From the NCBI GenBank assembly GCA_919902655.1, contig CAKKRL010000162.1, forward strand, positions 251 to 64,250: DNA of 64,000 bases. The letters are read 5' to 3'. The stretch comes from Thermodesulfovibrionia bacterium. Lineage in GTDB: Bacteria; Nitrospirota; Thermodesulfovibrionia; JACRGW01. Under the pieces are notes generated by a model. It saw only the letters and a program-made list of their open reading frames with translations, was not told where the DNA came from and did no database searches. The position numbers and the translations under genes are program-made. Shown one piece after another: positions 52,925 to 62,296 of this stretch (position 1 is its first letter; each line of letters starts with the position of its first letter).

Positions 52925-53431
52925 GTGCATATAAATATCAGCGATATCCCTGAAGAGGGATTAACCTTAGACTACAATGAAGAACCCCTGACCTTATCTG
53001 AAGGAACCAGGGTTGAAGGTAAAATAGGGGTCTCCCTCAGGGTTTTGAAGGCAGAGACAATTGTCACTGTATCCGGCGATGTGAATGTAACCCTGGGTCT
53101 TGAGTGTAGCAGGTGCATCAAGGAATTTTTCTACCCTTTGAGTTCTTCCTTCAGGGTTGATTATATGCCCCTGAAGGAAATAGGAAAGGATAAGGAATAC
53201 GAACTAAAAGGTGCCGATCTCGACATAAGTTTTTACAAGGAAGACAGGATAGACCTTACCGAGCTTATTAAGGAACAGATCCTGCTTTCCTTGCCGATGC
53301 AACCTCTGTGTTCCCCTGACTGTAAGGGGTTGTGTCCTAAATGTGGCAAGGACCTCAAGGTGGGGCCCTGCAAGTGTGAGATAAAGGAGATAGATCCAAG
53401 ATTTGAAATATTAAAAAAATTGAAAGGATAA
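52925..53431 (+). CDS. yceD: YceD/DUF177 family protein (23S rRNA accumulation protein), upstream of rpmF
   Basis: C-terminal CSPDCKGLCPKCGKDLKVGPCKCE four-Cys motif. Conserved synteny with rpmF-plsX. Confidence 0.75.
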   Translation: MHINISDIPEEGLTLDYNEEPLTLSEGTRVEGKIGVSLRVLKAETIVTVSGDVNVTLGLECSRCIKEFFYPLSSSFRVDYMPLKEIGKDKEYELKGADLDISFYKEDRIDLTELIKEQILLSLPMQPLCSPDCKGLCPKCGKDLKVGPCKCEIKEIDPRFEILKKLKG

Positions 53432-53439
53432 TTTAAGAA

Positions 53440-53622
53440 ATGGGAAATCCTAAACATAAGATTTCAAAATCAAGAAGGGATAAAAGAAGAACCCATAAGA
53501 TACTCTCCGCACCATTTCTCTCGATATGCCCCCAATGCAGGGAGCACAAGTTACCGCACTATGCCTGTCCTAGCTGCGGTACATACAAGGGCCTCGAGGT
53601 ACTTACCGTAAAAGAGATTTAA
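53440..53622 (+). CDS. rpmF: 50S ribosomal protein L32
   Basis: [19 protein letters not shown]… with CPQC…CPSCG zinc ribbon. Confidence 0.9.
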   Translation: MGNPKHKISKSRRDKRRTHKILSAPFLSICPQCREHKLPHYACPSCGTYKGLEVLTVKEI

Positions 53623-53623
53623 G

Positions 53624-54646
53624 GTGAAGATTGCCATTGATGCCATGGGGGGAGACCACGCCCCTGTTGCAATCGTAGAAGGGGCTGTCGAGGCTGCAAG
53701 GGAACATGGCATAGAGATTATCCTTGTTGGAGACAAGGATAGTCTATCCCGCGAGCTTTCAAAATACAATATAACCGGCCTATCCCTGAGCCTCAGACAT
53801 GCCTCACAGATCATAGAGATGGAAGACCCCCCTTTAGCCCCCTTAAGAAAGAAAAAGGACTCTTCCATAAGGGTTGCAGCAGAAATGGTCAAAAGAAAAG
53901 AGGCTGCAGCATTTATTAGTGCGGGTCATACAGGGGCAACGATGGCAACTGCCTTCTACACCTTCGGCCCCCTCCCCGGCGTGGAAAGGCCTGCAATAGC
54001 CACGTTCCTCCCGACCCTCAAAGGTGTTTCGATAATGCTCGATGTGGGAGCAACAGTTGACTGCAAACCTGTTCACCTCCTCCAGTTTGCACTCATGGGA
54101 GATATCTACTGCAAGGAGATTCTGAACAAAGAGGAGCCAAAAGTCGGGTTACTCAGTATAGGCGAGGAAGATATTAAGGGAAACGAACTGACAAGGGAAT
54201 CCTTTAAACTTTTAAAAAGTACCGATATCAATTTTATAGGAAATGTTGACGGAAAAGATGTATTCAGTGGCAAGGCAGACGTTATTGTCTGCGATGGTTT
54301 CATAGGTAATATCGCCCTGAAAATAAGTGAAGGGCTTGCTGATGCAATAACCAAGATGCTTAAGAGAGAGATAGCAGACGCCCCCTCAGGGAGATTTGGG
54401 TATTTCTTACTCAAGTCTGCCTTTAAGAATTTCAGAAAGAGGACAGACTATTCGGAATACGGTGGGGCGCCGCTTCTTGGAGTAAACGGTATCTGTATTA
54501 TTGGACATGGAAGATCTTCTTCAAAGGCAATAACGAATGCCGTACAGGTGGCTGTGAATTTTTCTAAAAGCGGGATAAACGAAAAGATAAGTAAAAAGAT
54601 GTCCTCCCTCTTCCAGACCAGAAAAATAAGGAGGGCAACGAAATAG
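53624..54646 (+). CDS. plsX: Phosphate acyltransferase PlsX
   Basis: MKIAIDAMGGDHAP N-terminus. GTG start. Confidence 0.9.
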   Translation: MKIAIDAMGGDHAPVAIVEGAVEAAREHGIEIILVGDKDSLSRELSKYNITGLSLSLRHASQIIEMEDPPLAPLRKKKDSSIRVAAEMVKRKEAAAFISAGHTGATMATAFYTFGPLPGVERPAIATFLPTLKGVSIMLDVGATVDCKPVHLLQFALMGDIYCKEILNKEEPKVGLLSIGEEDIKGNELTRESFKLLKSTDINFIGNVDGKDVFSGKADVIVCDGFIGNIALKISEGLADAITKMLKREIADAPSGRFGYFLLKSAFKNFRKRTDYSEYGGAPLLGVNGICIIGHGRSSSKAITNAVQVAVNFSKSGINEKISKKMSSLFQTRKIRRATK

Positions 54647-55626
54647 TGAAGAGATCAAGGATAGTCGGCTCCGGTTCCTATGTCCCGAAGATGGTACTCA
54701 CGAACTTCGATCTCGAGAGTATGGTCAATACCTCTGATGAATGGATTATCGAGAGGACAGGTATAAGGGAAAGACGTATAGCCGGAAAGGATGAGGCTGC
54801 ATCTGACCTTGCCTATGAGGCATCTCAGAGGGCACTTAAGTCATCAGGCATTAAGGCAAAGGATATAGACCTCATTATACTTGCAACCACAACCCCTGAT
54901 ATGGTCTTCCCTTCCACTGCCTGTTTACTTCAGGACAGGCTTAATGCTAAAAAGGCAGTCGCCTTCGATGTCTCTGCAGCCTGTTCAGGCTTTATCTATT
55001 CTCTCTCTGTTGCAGATCAGTTCATTAAAGAGGGGATATACAAAACTGCCCTTGTGGTCGGATCAGAGGTGCTCTCGAGGATAACTGACTGGAATGACAG
55101 GGCTACGTGCATCCTCTTCGGCGATGGTGCAGGTGCGGTGGTACTTCAGGCATCGTCGGACAGAAGAGGAATCATATCAGTCCATCTCCATTCTGACGGG
55201 GCACTGAAAGACCTCCTCTATATACCAGGAGGGGGATCAAGAAACCCCGCATCAAAGAAAACAATTGAAAAAGGACTCCATTACATAAAGATGAGAGGTA
55301 ATGAGACCTTCAAGGTCGCTGTAAGGAAACTTGAGGAAGTTGCCCTCGAGGCGATCAATTCTAATAACCTCAAGCCTTCTGATATAGACCTCTTCATTCC
55401 ACATCAGGCAAATTTGAGAATCATACAGGCAATAGCAAAGAGGCTCAATCTTTCTATGGATAAGGTCCTCGTAAATATAGACAGATACGGTAACACCTCT
55501 GCTGCCTCAATCCCGATAGCCCTTGATGAGGCAGTAAGCGAAGGAAGGCTCAAAGAGGGAGATTTAATACTTATGGAGGCATTCGGAGGCGGTCTTACCT
55601 GGGCCTCAGCACTCTTGAGATGGTAA
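54646..55626 (+). CDS. fabH: 3-oxoacyl-ACP synthase III
   Basis: …AACSGFIYSL… (active-site Cys), HQAN and …N.DRYGNTSAASIP… motifs. Confidence 0.9.
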   Translation: MKRSRIVGSGSYVPKMVLTNFDLESMVNTSDEWIIERTGIRERRIAGKDEAASDLAYEASQRALKSSGIKAKDIDLIILATTTPDMVFPSTACLLQDRLNAKKAVAFDVSAACSGFIYSLSVADQFIKEGIYKTALVVGSEVLSRITDWNDRATCILFGDGAGAVVLQASSDRRGIISVHLHSDGALKDLLYIPGGGSRNPASKKTIEKGLHYIKMRGNETFKVAVRKLEEVALEAINSNNLKPSDIDLFIPHQANLRIIQAIAKRLNLSMDKVLVNIDRYGNTSAASIPIALDEAVSEGRLKEGDLILMEAFGGGLTWASALLRW

Positions 55627-55712
55627 AGAGTAAGGGATCAAGGATTCAAGGGGTCAAGGGGTTAAGTATCTCACTTGAACCCTCGATTCCTCGAACCCTT
55701 GAATTCTTTTCC
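55625..55712. repeat. Long imperfect hairpin built from four tandem octamers (GGATCAAG GATTCAAG GGGTCAAG GGGTTAAG), a loop, then the complementary octamers
   Basis: Read directly, immediately after the fabH stop. Period-8 direct repeats on each arm. Confidence 0.6.
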
Positions 55713-55751
55713 CAATCTTTGTGGAAAACAACAACTTTATAGGAGTCAATC

Positions 55752-56909
55752 ATGGATTATTTTTTAACAGATGCACAGAAGACAATTCGCGACATTGCAA
55801 GAAAGATAGCAATTGAGAAGGTAGTTCCTTCAAGGGCTGAACTTGATGAGAAAGAGGAATTCCCCCATGAAATAATGAAGGCCCTTGCCCAGGCAGATCT
55901 GTTCGGACTTTATATACCCGAGAAGTATGGTGGTTTCGGCGGAGGAAGCATCGATCTTGCCCTTGCTGTGGAAGAATTGAGCTCTGCCTGTCTCGGCGTT
56001 TCAACCACTTTTGCTGCAAATGCACTTGCTGCATATCCCGTCCTCCTCTTTGGCAGCGAAGAACAGAAAAAGAGCTTTCTTCCGGATATAGCATCAGGAA
56101 AGAAACTTGCTGCATTCGGTCTTACAGAGGCTGGTGCAGGCAGCGACGCAGCGGCCATCCAGACTACAGCAAAAAAAGAAGGCGATGAATATATCCTTAA
56201 TGGCACTAAACAATGGATTACAAATGGTGGAGAGGCAGAAATCTATACCATAATAGCAATGACAGATAAATCCAAAGGGACTCGCGGTGCCTCAGCATTT
56301 ATCGTGGAAAAAGGGACTCCAGGATTTAGTTTCGGTAAGAAGGAGAAGAAGATGGGAATAAGGGCCTCAGCAACAAGGGAATTGGTCTTTGAAAACTGCC
56401 CTGTTCCGAAGGAGAACCTCCTCTCCAAAGAGGGGATGGGTTTTATCGTAGCAATGAGAACACTCGATATCTCAAGAGTAGGTATAGGCGCACAGGGGGT
56501 TGGCCTTGCACATGGGGCCCTCGATGAAGCAGTAAAATATGCAAGAGAAAGACATCAGTTCGGCAAGCCCATTATATCTTTCCAGGCCATACAGCACATG
56601 CTTGCAGATATGGCCATATTGACAGAATCAGCAAGGGCGCTAGTCTATTCTACTGCACGTGTCATTGACAGCGGTTCTAAGGAGTATTCTAAGGAGTCCG
56701 CTATGGTTAAAGTATTTGCTTCGGATGTAGCGATGAAGGTAGCAACAGACGCAGTCCAGATCTTCGGGGGTTATGGCTATATGAGGGAATACCCTGTTGA
56801 GAAGATGATGAGAGACGCAAAGATCCTTCAGATATATGAGGGAACAAACCAAATACAGAGAAATATTATCGGTCAGGCACTGATAAAGGAAGCAGCGAGC
56901 AAAAAATAG
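55752..56909 (+). CDS. Acyl-CoA dehydrogenase family protein (FAD-dependent), inserted between fabH and fabD
   Basis: 385 aa. Typical ACAD layout: …GLTEAGAGSDAAA…, …YEGTNQIQR… C-terminus. Confidence 0.85.
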   Translation: MDYFLTDAQKTIRDIARKIAIEKVVPSRAELDEKEEFPHEIMKALAQADLFGLYIPEKYGGFGGGSIDLALAVEELSSACLGVSTTFAANALAAYPVLLFGSEEQKKSFLPDIASGKKLAAFGLTEAGAGSDAAAIQTTAKKEGDEYILNGTKQWITNGGEAEIYTIIAMTDKSKGTRGASAFIVEKGTPGFSFGKKEKKMGIRASATRELVFENCPVPKENLLSKEGMGFIVAMRTLDISRVGIGAQGVGLAHGALDEAVKYARERHQFGKPIISFQAIQHMLADMAILTESARALVYSTARVIDSGSKEYSKESAMVKVFASDVAMKVATDAVQIFGGYGYMREYPVEKMMRDAKILQIYEGTNQIQRNIIGQALIKEAASKK

Positions 56910-56960
56910 TCTTTAGTCAGCAGTCGGCAGTCAGTAGCAAAGAAAAATAAAAAATAAAAA
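56909..56960. repeat. Tandem heptamers (agtcttt agtcagc agtcggc agtcagt), then (aaaaat/aaaaaat)x3 between the ACAD and etfB genes
   Basis: Read directly. Confidence 0.45.
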
Positions 56961-57746
56961 ATGAATATAATCGTCTGCATAAAACAGGTACCTGATACCT
57001 CTGAGGTAAGGATAAACCCTGAGACAAACACCCTTATCAGGGAAGGCGTCCCCTCTATTGTTAACCCCTTTGATATGTATGCCATAGAGGAGGGATTAAG
57101 GATAAAGGAAATGATAGGTGGGAAGGTAACTGCCATTTCAATGGGCCCCCCTCAGGCATTGGAGGCACTTAAAGAGGCATTCTCCCTCGGTGTGGATGAG
57201 GTAATTCTTATCTCTGATCGTGCCTTTGCAGGTTCGGACACACTGGCAACATCCTATACACTATCAAAGGCTATAGAGAAGATCGGCCTCTTCGACATTA
57301 TCCTCTGCGGGAAACAGGCTATTGACGGCGATACAGCACAGGTAGGTCCTGAACTTGCTGAACATCTCGGAATCCCTTTTGTTACCTCTGTGAAAAAGAT
57401 AGATGAGATACGAGAGGGCTACCTCAGGGTCCACAGGATGATGGAAGATGGATATGATGTGATAGAGACCAGACCTCCGGCGCTTCTCACCGTCGTGAAA
57501 GAGATCAATGAACCAAGACCTCCTTCACTTAAAAGAAAAATACAGGCAAAAAACCTCCAGGTACCTGTCTGGAGAAAGGAAGATCTGGATGTAGATGAAA
57601 AGAGGCTCGGCCTTAAAGGGTCTCCTACACAGGTATTAAGGATCTTTCCTCCTGAGATAAAGGGTGAGAGGAAAATCCTTGAGGGTAATCTGGAAGAACA
57701 GATATATAAACTTGTATCAGAACTGAAGGGTCTGGGCATACTTTGA
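56961..57746 (+). CDS. etfB: Electron transfer flavoprotein beta subunit
   Basis: MNIIVCIKQVPDTSEVRINPETNTL N-terminus. Confidence 0.85.
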   Translation: MNIIVCIKQVPDTSEVRINPETNTLIREGVPSIVNPFDMYAIEEGLRIKEMIGGKVTAISMGPPQALEALKEAFSLGVDEVILISDRAFAGSDTLATSYTLSKAIEKIGLFDIILCGKQAIDGDTAQVGPELAEHLGIPFVTSVKKIDEIREGYLRVHRMMEDGYDVIETRPPALLTVVKEINEPRPPSLKRKIQAKNLQVPVWRKEDLDVDEKRLGLKGSPTQVLRIFPPEIKGERKILEGNLEEQIYKLVSELKGLGIL

Positions 57747-58930
57747 TCAGGATCAAAAGAGAAATCTGTACAGGCTGTGAGATATGTATCAGCAGTTGTC
57801 CTTACGGTGCCATAGAGATGGTGGAGGACAGGGCATTCATCACAGAGATGTGTAATCTCTGCAGGGCCTGCCTCTCTGCATGTCCTGTCGGCGCTATAAT
57901 TGAAACAGAGGAATCCCGACTCCCGACCACTGACTCCCGACTTATGGACTTTTCAGGTGTCTGGGTATTTGCAGAACAAAGGAGAGGAAAACTCCACGAT
58001 GTCTCATTAGAACTCCTGGGAGAAGGGAGACGGCTCGCCAATATACTCTCAACAGAACTCTCTGCTGTTCTTATAGGAAGTAATATCGAGAAAGAGGCAA
58101 AGACCCTTATAGCCTATGGTGCAGATAAGGTCTTCGTTGCTGACGACCCTTCTCTCTCTGATTTCCATGACGATTCCTACGGACATATCCTCGCCGGGCT
58201 CATCGAGAAAGAGAAACCTGAAATAATACTCTCAGGTGCCACATCCATAGGAAGGTCATTTATTCCGAAGGTAGCGGCAAGGCTGAGAACAGGTCTAACA
58301 GCCGACTGCACAAGACTTGGCCTTGACGGGAAAATACTCCATCAGATAAGGCCTGCCTTTGGAGGGAATATCATGGCAGTTGTTATCTGTCCAAATCGGA
58401 GACCCCAGATAGCTACAGTAAGACCCAGGGTCTTCAAAAAGCCGATCCCTGAAAAAGGCAGGAAAGGAAAGGTCATTAAAGTTCATGTTCCTGAAGATAT
58501 CTCTTTGAGGACAAAGACACTCGAATTTGTAAAAGACCTCACAAGCACAGTAAATATCTCTGAGGCAGATGTAATAATCGCAGGAGGAAGGGGTCTCGGG
58601 GATGCAAAGAATTTCAGATTACTCGAAGAACTTGCAGAGGCCCTGGGAGGAGCGATAGGTGCATCAAGGGCAGCAGTGGATGCAGGATGGATCTCCTATC
58701 CCCATCAGATTGGACAGACAGGCATGACTGTATCACCGAGACTCTATATTGCCTGCGGCATCTCAGGCGCTGTCCAGCATCTTGTCGGGATGCAATCCTC
58801 TGATATAATAGTTGCCATAAACAAGGACCCCGACGCACCTATATTCAAGGTAGCAACATACAGTATCGTAGGTGATGCGCTGGAGGTTATTCCGCTTCTT
58901 GTGAAAAAAATTAAGGAGGTCAGGGGTTGA
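57743..58930 (+). CDS. etfA: Electron transfer flavoprotein alpha subunit with an N-terminal 2x[4Fe-4S] ferredoxin domain
   Basis: Two CxxCxxCxxxCP motifs (CTGCEICISSCP, CNLCRACLSACP), then the EtfA FAD-binding C-terminus (…GISGAVQHLVGM…). Confidence 0.8.
   Translation: MIRIKREICTGCEICISSCPYGAIEMVEDRAFITEMCNLCRACLSACPVGAIIETEESRLPTTDSRLMDFSGVWVFAEQRRGKLHDVSLELLGEGRRLANILSTELSAVLIGSNIEKEAKTLIAYGADKVFVADDPSLSDFHDDSYGHILAGLIEKEKPEIILSGATSIGRSFIPKVAARLRTGLTADCTRLGLDGKILHQIRPAFGGNIMAVVICPNRRPQIATVRPRVFKKPIPEKGRKGKVIKVHVPEDISLRTKTLEFVKDLTSTVNISEADVIIAGGRGLGDAKNFRLLEELAEALGGAIGASRAAVDAGWISYPHQIGQTGMTVSPRLYIACGISGAVQHLVGMQSSDIIVAINKDPDAPIFKVATYSIVGDALEVIPLLVKKIKEVRG
57915..57955. repeat. Tandem heptamers (cccgact cccgacc actgact cccgact) in frame in etfA-Fd (encodes SRLPTTDSRL)
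   Basis: Read directly. Related to the GAGTCTG family by reverse complement plus one substitution. Confidence 0.5.
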
Positions 58931-59859
58931 AGATAGCCTTTATCTTTCCGGGCCAGGGTTCGCAGTATGTCGGTATGGGAAAGGACTTGTATGAGAACTT
59001 CCCTGCTGTCAGATTTATTTATGAACAGGCAGAAGAGGTCCTGGGCTATGACCTCAGAGGGCTATGTTTTAATGGCCCTCAGGATAAACTCAATCTCACA
59101 GAATATACACAGCCTGCTGTATTCACAACAGACATTGTTATCCTGAAGGCAGTTGAGGATGCCGGCATTAAATCGTCTTTTGTTGCAGGTCATAGTCTTG
59201 GCGAATATTCCGCTCTCGTTGCTGCTAAAGGTATGGATTTTTCTGATGCACTCAGGGTAGTTCTGAAGAGAGGACTTTTTATGCAGGAGGCAGTTCCTGA
59301 GGGAAAAGGCATGATGGCTGCCATCCTCGGCCTTGAACCTTCTGTTGTTGAAAATATATGTAAAAAGGCATCATCCTTTGGAACTGTTACACCTGCCAAT
59401 TACAACTGCCCCGGGCAGATCGTCATCGCAGGTGAGAAGACTGCGGTTCAGGAGGCATCAAGGCTTGCCACAGAGAACGGGGCAAAGAAGGTCATACCAC
59501 TGAAGGTCAGCGTCCCTTCCCATTCTCCTCTGATGGTCTCAGCAGGTAAAAGACTTGAGATAGAGATGAATGATCTGGTGATGAAGGATCTCAGTATCCC
59601 CCTTGTGAATAATGCTGATGCAAGATTCCTGACCTCTGCCAAGGAGATAAGGTCTTCCCTGATAAGACAGGTAAGCGAACCTGTCCTCTGGGAGAGGTCT
59701 ATAAGAGGAATCATTAAATCAGGTGGAGATACCTTTATCGAAATAGGACCAGGTAAGGTTCTCTCAGGTCTTTTAAGAAGGATAGATGATAGTGTAAAGA
59801 TATTTAATGTCGAAGACATAAAAAGCCTTGAATCCTTAAAGGAGGCATTATGGAATTAG
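58927..59859 (+). CDS. fabD: Malonyl-CoA:ACP transacylase
   Basis: FPGQGSQYVGMG and GHSLGEYSAL active-site motifs. Confidence 0.9.
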   Translation: MKIAFIFPGQGSQYVGMGKDLYENFPAVRFIYEQAEEVLGYDLRGLCFNGPQDKLNLTEYTQPAVFTTDIVILKAVEDAGIKSSFVAGHSLGEYSALVAAKGMDFSDALRVVLKRGLFMQEAVPEGKGMMAAILGLEPSVVENICKKASSFGTVTPANYNCPGQIVIAGEKTAVQEASRLATENGAKKVIPLKVSVPSHSPLMVSAGKRLEIEMNDLVMKDLSIPLVNNADARFLTSAKEIRSSLIRQVSEPVLWERSIRGIIKSGGDTFIEIGPGKVLSGLLRRIDDSVKIFNVEDIKSLESLKEALWN

Positions 59860-60590
59860 ATGGTCAGGTAGCCCTTGTAACAGGCGGGGGGCAGGGTATC
59901 GGAAAGGCAATATCTTTAGCCCTTGCAAAAGACGGGGCAGATATGATAATCTTTGAACTTAATTTAGATAAGGCAGAGGAGGTTTCAAAAAAGATCGGGG
60001 ATATGGGAAGAAAATGTATCACTGTAAAGGTCAATGTGGCTAATCCCGAGGATGTTGAGAATGGTTTTCACAAGGCAATCGAGACCTTCGGCAAAATAGA
60101 CATCCTTGTCAATAATGCAGGTATAACTAAGGATGCCCTGATCGTCAGGATGAAGGATGAGGACTGGGATAATGTCCTCAACGTAAATCTTAAAGGTGCC
60201 TTCTTATGCACAAGGGCCGCTGTTAAGACAATGTCCAAACAGAGATACGGGAGGATAATAAGCATATCCTCTGTGGTAGCCTTTATGGGAAATTCAGGAC
60301 AGGCAAATTATGTTGCATCCAAGGCAGGCATAGTTGGCTTTACAAAAACTGTGGCAAGGGAATATGCATCGAGAGGCATCACTGTCAATGCAATAGCGCC
60401 TGGTTTTATACAGACTTCAATGACCGACGCCCTTCCTGAACAGGTTAAGGAGGCGATGCTCAAGGAAATACCTCTCGGGGAATTCGGCGACCCGGAAGAT
60501 ATCGCAAATGCAGTAAGATTTCTTGCATCAAAGGATTCAGGATATATAACAGGACAGGTCATTCATGTAAATGGTGGGATGTATATGTAA
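59850..60590 (+). CDS. fabG: 3-oxoacyl-ACP reductase
   Basis: TGGGQGIGKAI Rossmann motif, NNAG, and the YVASKAG catalytic motif. Confidence 0.9.
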   Translation: MELDGQVALVTGGGQGIGKAISLALAKDGADMIIFELNLDKAEEVSKKIGDMGRKCITVKVNVANPEDVENGFHKAIETFGKIDILVNNAGITKDALIVRMKDEDWDNVLNVNLKGAFLCTRAAVKTMSKQRYGRIISISSVVAFMGNSGQANYVASKAGIVGFTKTVAREYASRGITVNAIAPGFIQTSMTDALPEQVKEAMLKEIPLGEFGDPEDIANAVRFLASKDSGYITGQVIHVNGGMYM

Positions 60591-60665
60591 TATAAGTTTA
60601 AGGTTTAGAGTTTAGAGTTAGTAGTTTGATTTTTTAACTTTCGACTTTGAACTTTTAACTTTTAC
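60590..60665. repeat. Two blocks of tandem heptamers (gtttaga gtttaga gttagta gtttgat / aactttc gactttg aactttt aactttt) in the fabG-acpP intergenic region
   Basis: Read directly. Confidence 0.5.
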
Positions 60666-60685
60666 CATGGGAGGTGATTGAAGAT

Positions 60686-60931
60686 ATGGCAGCAGAAGAA
60701 AAATCGATTGAGGAAAAGGTAAGGAAGATAATTTCAGATCAGTTAGGAGTTGACGCTGAAGAGGTCACTCCGGATGCCTCATTTGTAGATGATTTGGGGG
60801 CTGACTCTCTGGACACGGTTGAACTCGTCATGGCCTTCGAGGAAGAGTTTCATATCGAGATCCCTGACGAAGATGCAGAGAAGATAGCTAAGGTTCAGGA
60901 CGCTATCAATTATATTAAGGATAAAATGTGA
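60686..60931 (+). CDS. acpP: Acyl carrier protein
   Basis: [20 protein letters not shown] (phosphopantetheine Ser). SD gggaggtg upstream. The track ORF starts 12 nt earlier, at 60674. Confidence 0.9.
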   Translation: MAAEEKSIEEKVRKIISDQLGVDAEEVTPDASFVDDLGADSLDTVELVMAFEEEFHIEIPDEDAEKIAKVQDAINYIKDKM

Positions 60932-60954
60932 CTTAGGATTTAAATCTTATTTAT

Positions 60955-61040
60955 CGAACAACTAATAAAATCCCCCTCAATTCCCCTTCCTGCCTGTCGG
61001 CAGACAGGTTTCAAAGGGGGGTGGAGGGGTTTTTTTAAAA
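60955..61040 (+). terminator. Nested GC-rich palindrome after acpP (cccctcaattcccc…cctgcctgtcggcagacagg…aaggggggtggagggg TTTTTTT), intrinsic-terminator-like
   Basis: Inner 8-bp stem cctgcctg/cagacagg, outer C-rich/G-rich arms, then a T7 tract. Read directly. Confidence 0.55.
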
Positions 61041-61042
61041 GA

Positions 61043-62296
61043 ATGGAGAGAGGTATTCTAAAAAAAAGGGTGGTCGTTACAGGCATCGGCCTTATTACAC
61101 CTCTTGGTTTAGACTTTGAAAAAAGCTGGCAGGCCCTGTGTAAAGGTTACTCCGGCGTTGATAAAATAACCCTTTTCGACCCTAAAGACCTGACAACACA
61201 GATAGCGGCTGAGGTAAAGGATTTTAATCCCTCAGACTGGATCGAGCAGAAAGAGATAAAAAAAATGGACCGTTTCATCCATTTTGCCGTCTCCGCGAGT
61301 CAGATGGCAATGGATGATTCAGGGTTAAAGATCAACGGCGGAAATGCAGACAGCACTGGAGTAATTGTCGGCTCAGGTATGGGGGGAATGGCTGCCGTGG
61401 AGCATTACCATTCCGTTCTCATGGAAAAAGGTCCAAAAAGGATCTCTCCATTTTTCATTCCGATGACCATTATAAACCTTGCCTCTGGTCAGATATCCAT
61501 AAGATTTGGTGCAAAGGGGCCAAACTCTGCGCCTGTTACTGCCTGCGCAGCAGGAACCCACGCAATAGGTGAGGCCTTCAGGTTAATACAGAGAGGCGAT
61601 GCCGATGCCATGATAACAGGAGGGACAGAAGCTGTTATTACACCACTCGCTATCGGAGGTTTCTGTTCGATGAAGGCACTTTCAACTCGAAATCATGAAC
61701 CACATAAAGCAAGCCGTCCATTTGAGAGGGACAGGGACGGATTTGTGATGGGAGAAGGTGCAGGGATCCTTATCCTCGAATCCCTCGAATCCGCACTCAT
61801 CAGAGATGCAAGGATATACGCAGAGATTATCGGATTCGGCATGAGCGGAGATGCTTACCATATATCATCCCCTTCCCCTGATGGTGAAGGTGCTGCAAGG
61901 TGTATGGCCATGGCATTGAGGGACAGCGGCATAGGCCCTTCAGATGTTGATTATATAAATGCCCACGGCACATCAACTAAATACGGAGATGAACTTGAGA
62001 CAAAGGCGATAAAGACCGTCTTCGGAGGTCATGCCTATAGATTGAAGGTCAGTTCTACCAAATCAATGACAGGTCATCTCCTTGGTGCTGCTGGCGGTGT
62101 TGAGGCAGTTATTTCCATACTTGCAATCCATAGGGGTATCATCCCTCCAACAATCAATCTTGAGAACCCTGACCCCGAATGTGATCTCGATTATGTACCG
62201 AATAAGGCTATTGAGGCCAGGATAGATACCGCTATGTCCAATTCCTTCGGCTTCGGCGGAACAAATGCCTGTGTTATCTTCAAACGTTATGAATAA
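61043..62296 (+). CDS. fabF: 3-oxoacyl-ACP synthase II
   Basis: Active-site …ACAAGTHAIG…, HGTST and GHLLGAAG motifs. Confidence 0.9.
   Translation: MERGILKKRVVVTGIGLITPLGLDFEKSWQALCKGYSGVDKITLFDPKDLTTQIAAEVKDFNPSDWIEQKEIKKMDRFIHFAVSASQMAMDDSGLKINGGNADSTGVIVGSGMGGMAAVEHYHSVLMEKGPKRISPFFIPMTIINLASGQISIRFGAKGPNSAPVTACAAGTHAIGEAFRLIQRGDADAMITGGTEAVITPLAIGGFCSMKALSTRNHEPHKASRPFERDRDGFVMGEGAGILILESLESALIRDARIYAEIIGFGMSGDAYHISSPSPDGEGAARCMAMALRDSGIGPSDVDYINAHGTSTKYGDELETKAIKTVFGGHAYRLKVSSTKSMTGHLLGAAGGVEAVISILAIHRGIIPPTINLENPDPECDLDYVPNKAIEARIDTAMSNSFGFGGTNACVIFKRYE

Noticed and set aside
40500-60665. Could the heptamer/octamer tandem repeats be a CRISPR array?
   Set aside because: Units are 7-8 nt with no unique spacers and no cas genes. 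Several copies are in frame within ORFs. They are micro-satellite/REP-like elements, not CRISPR.
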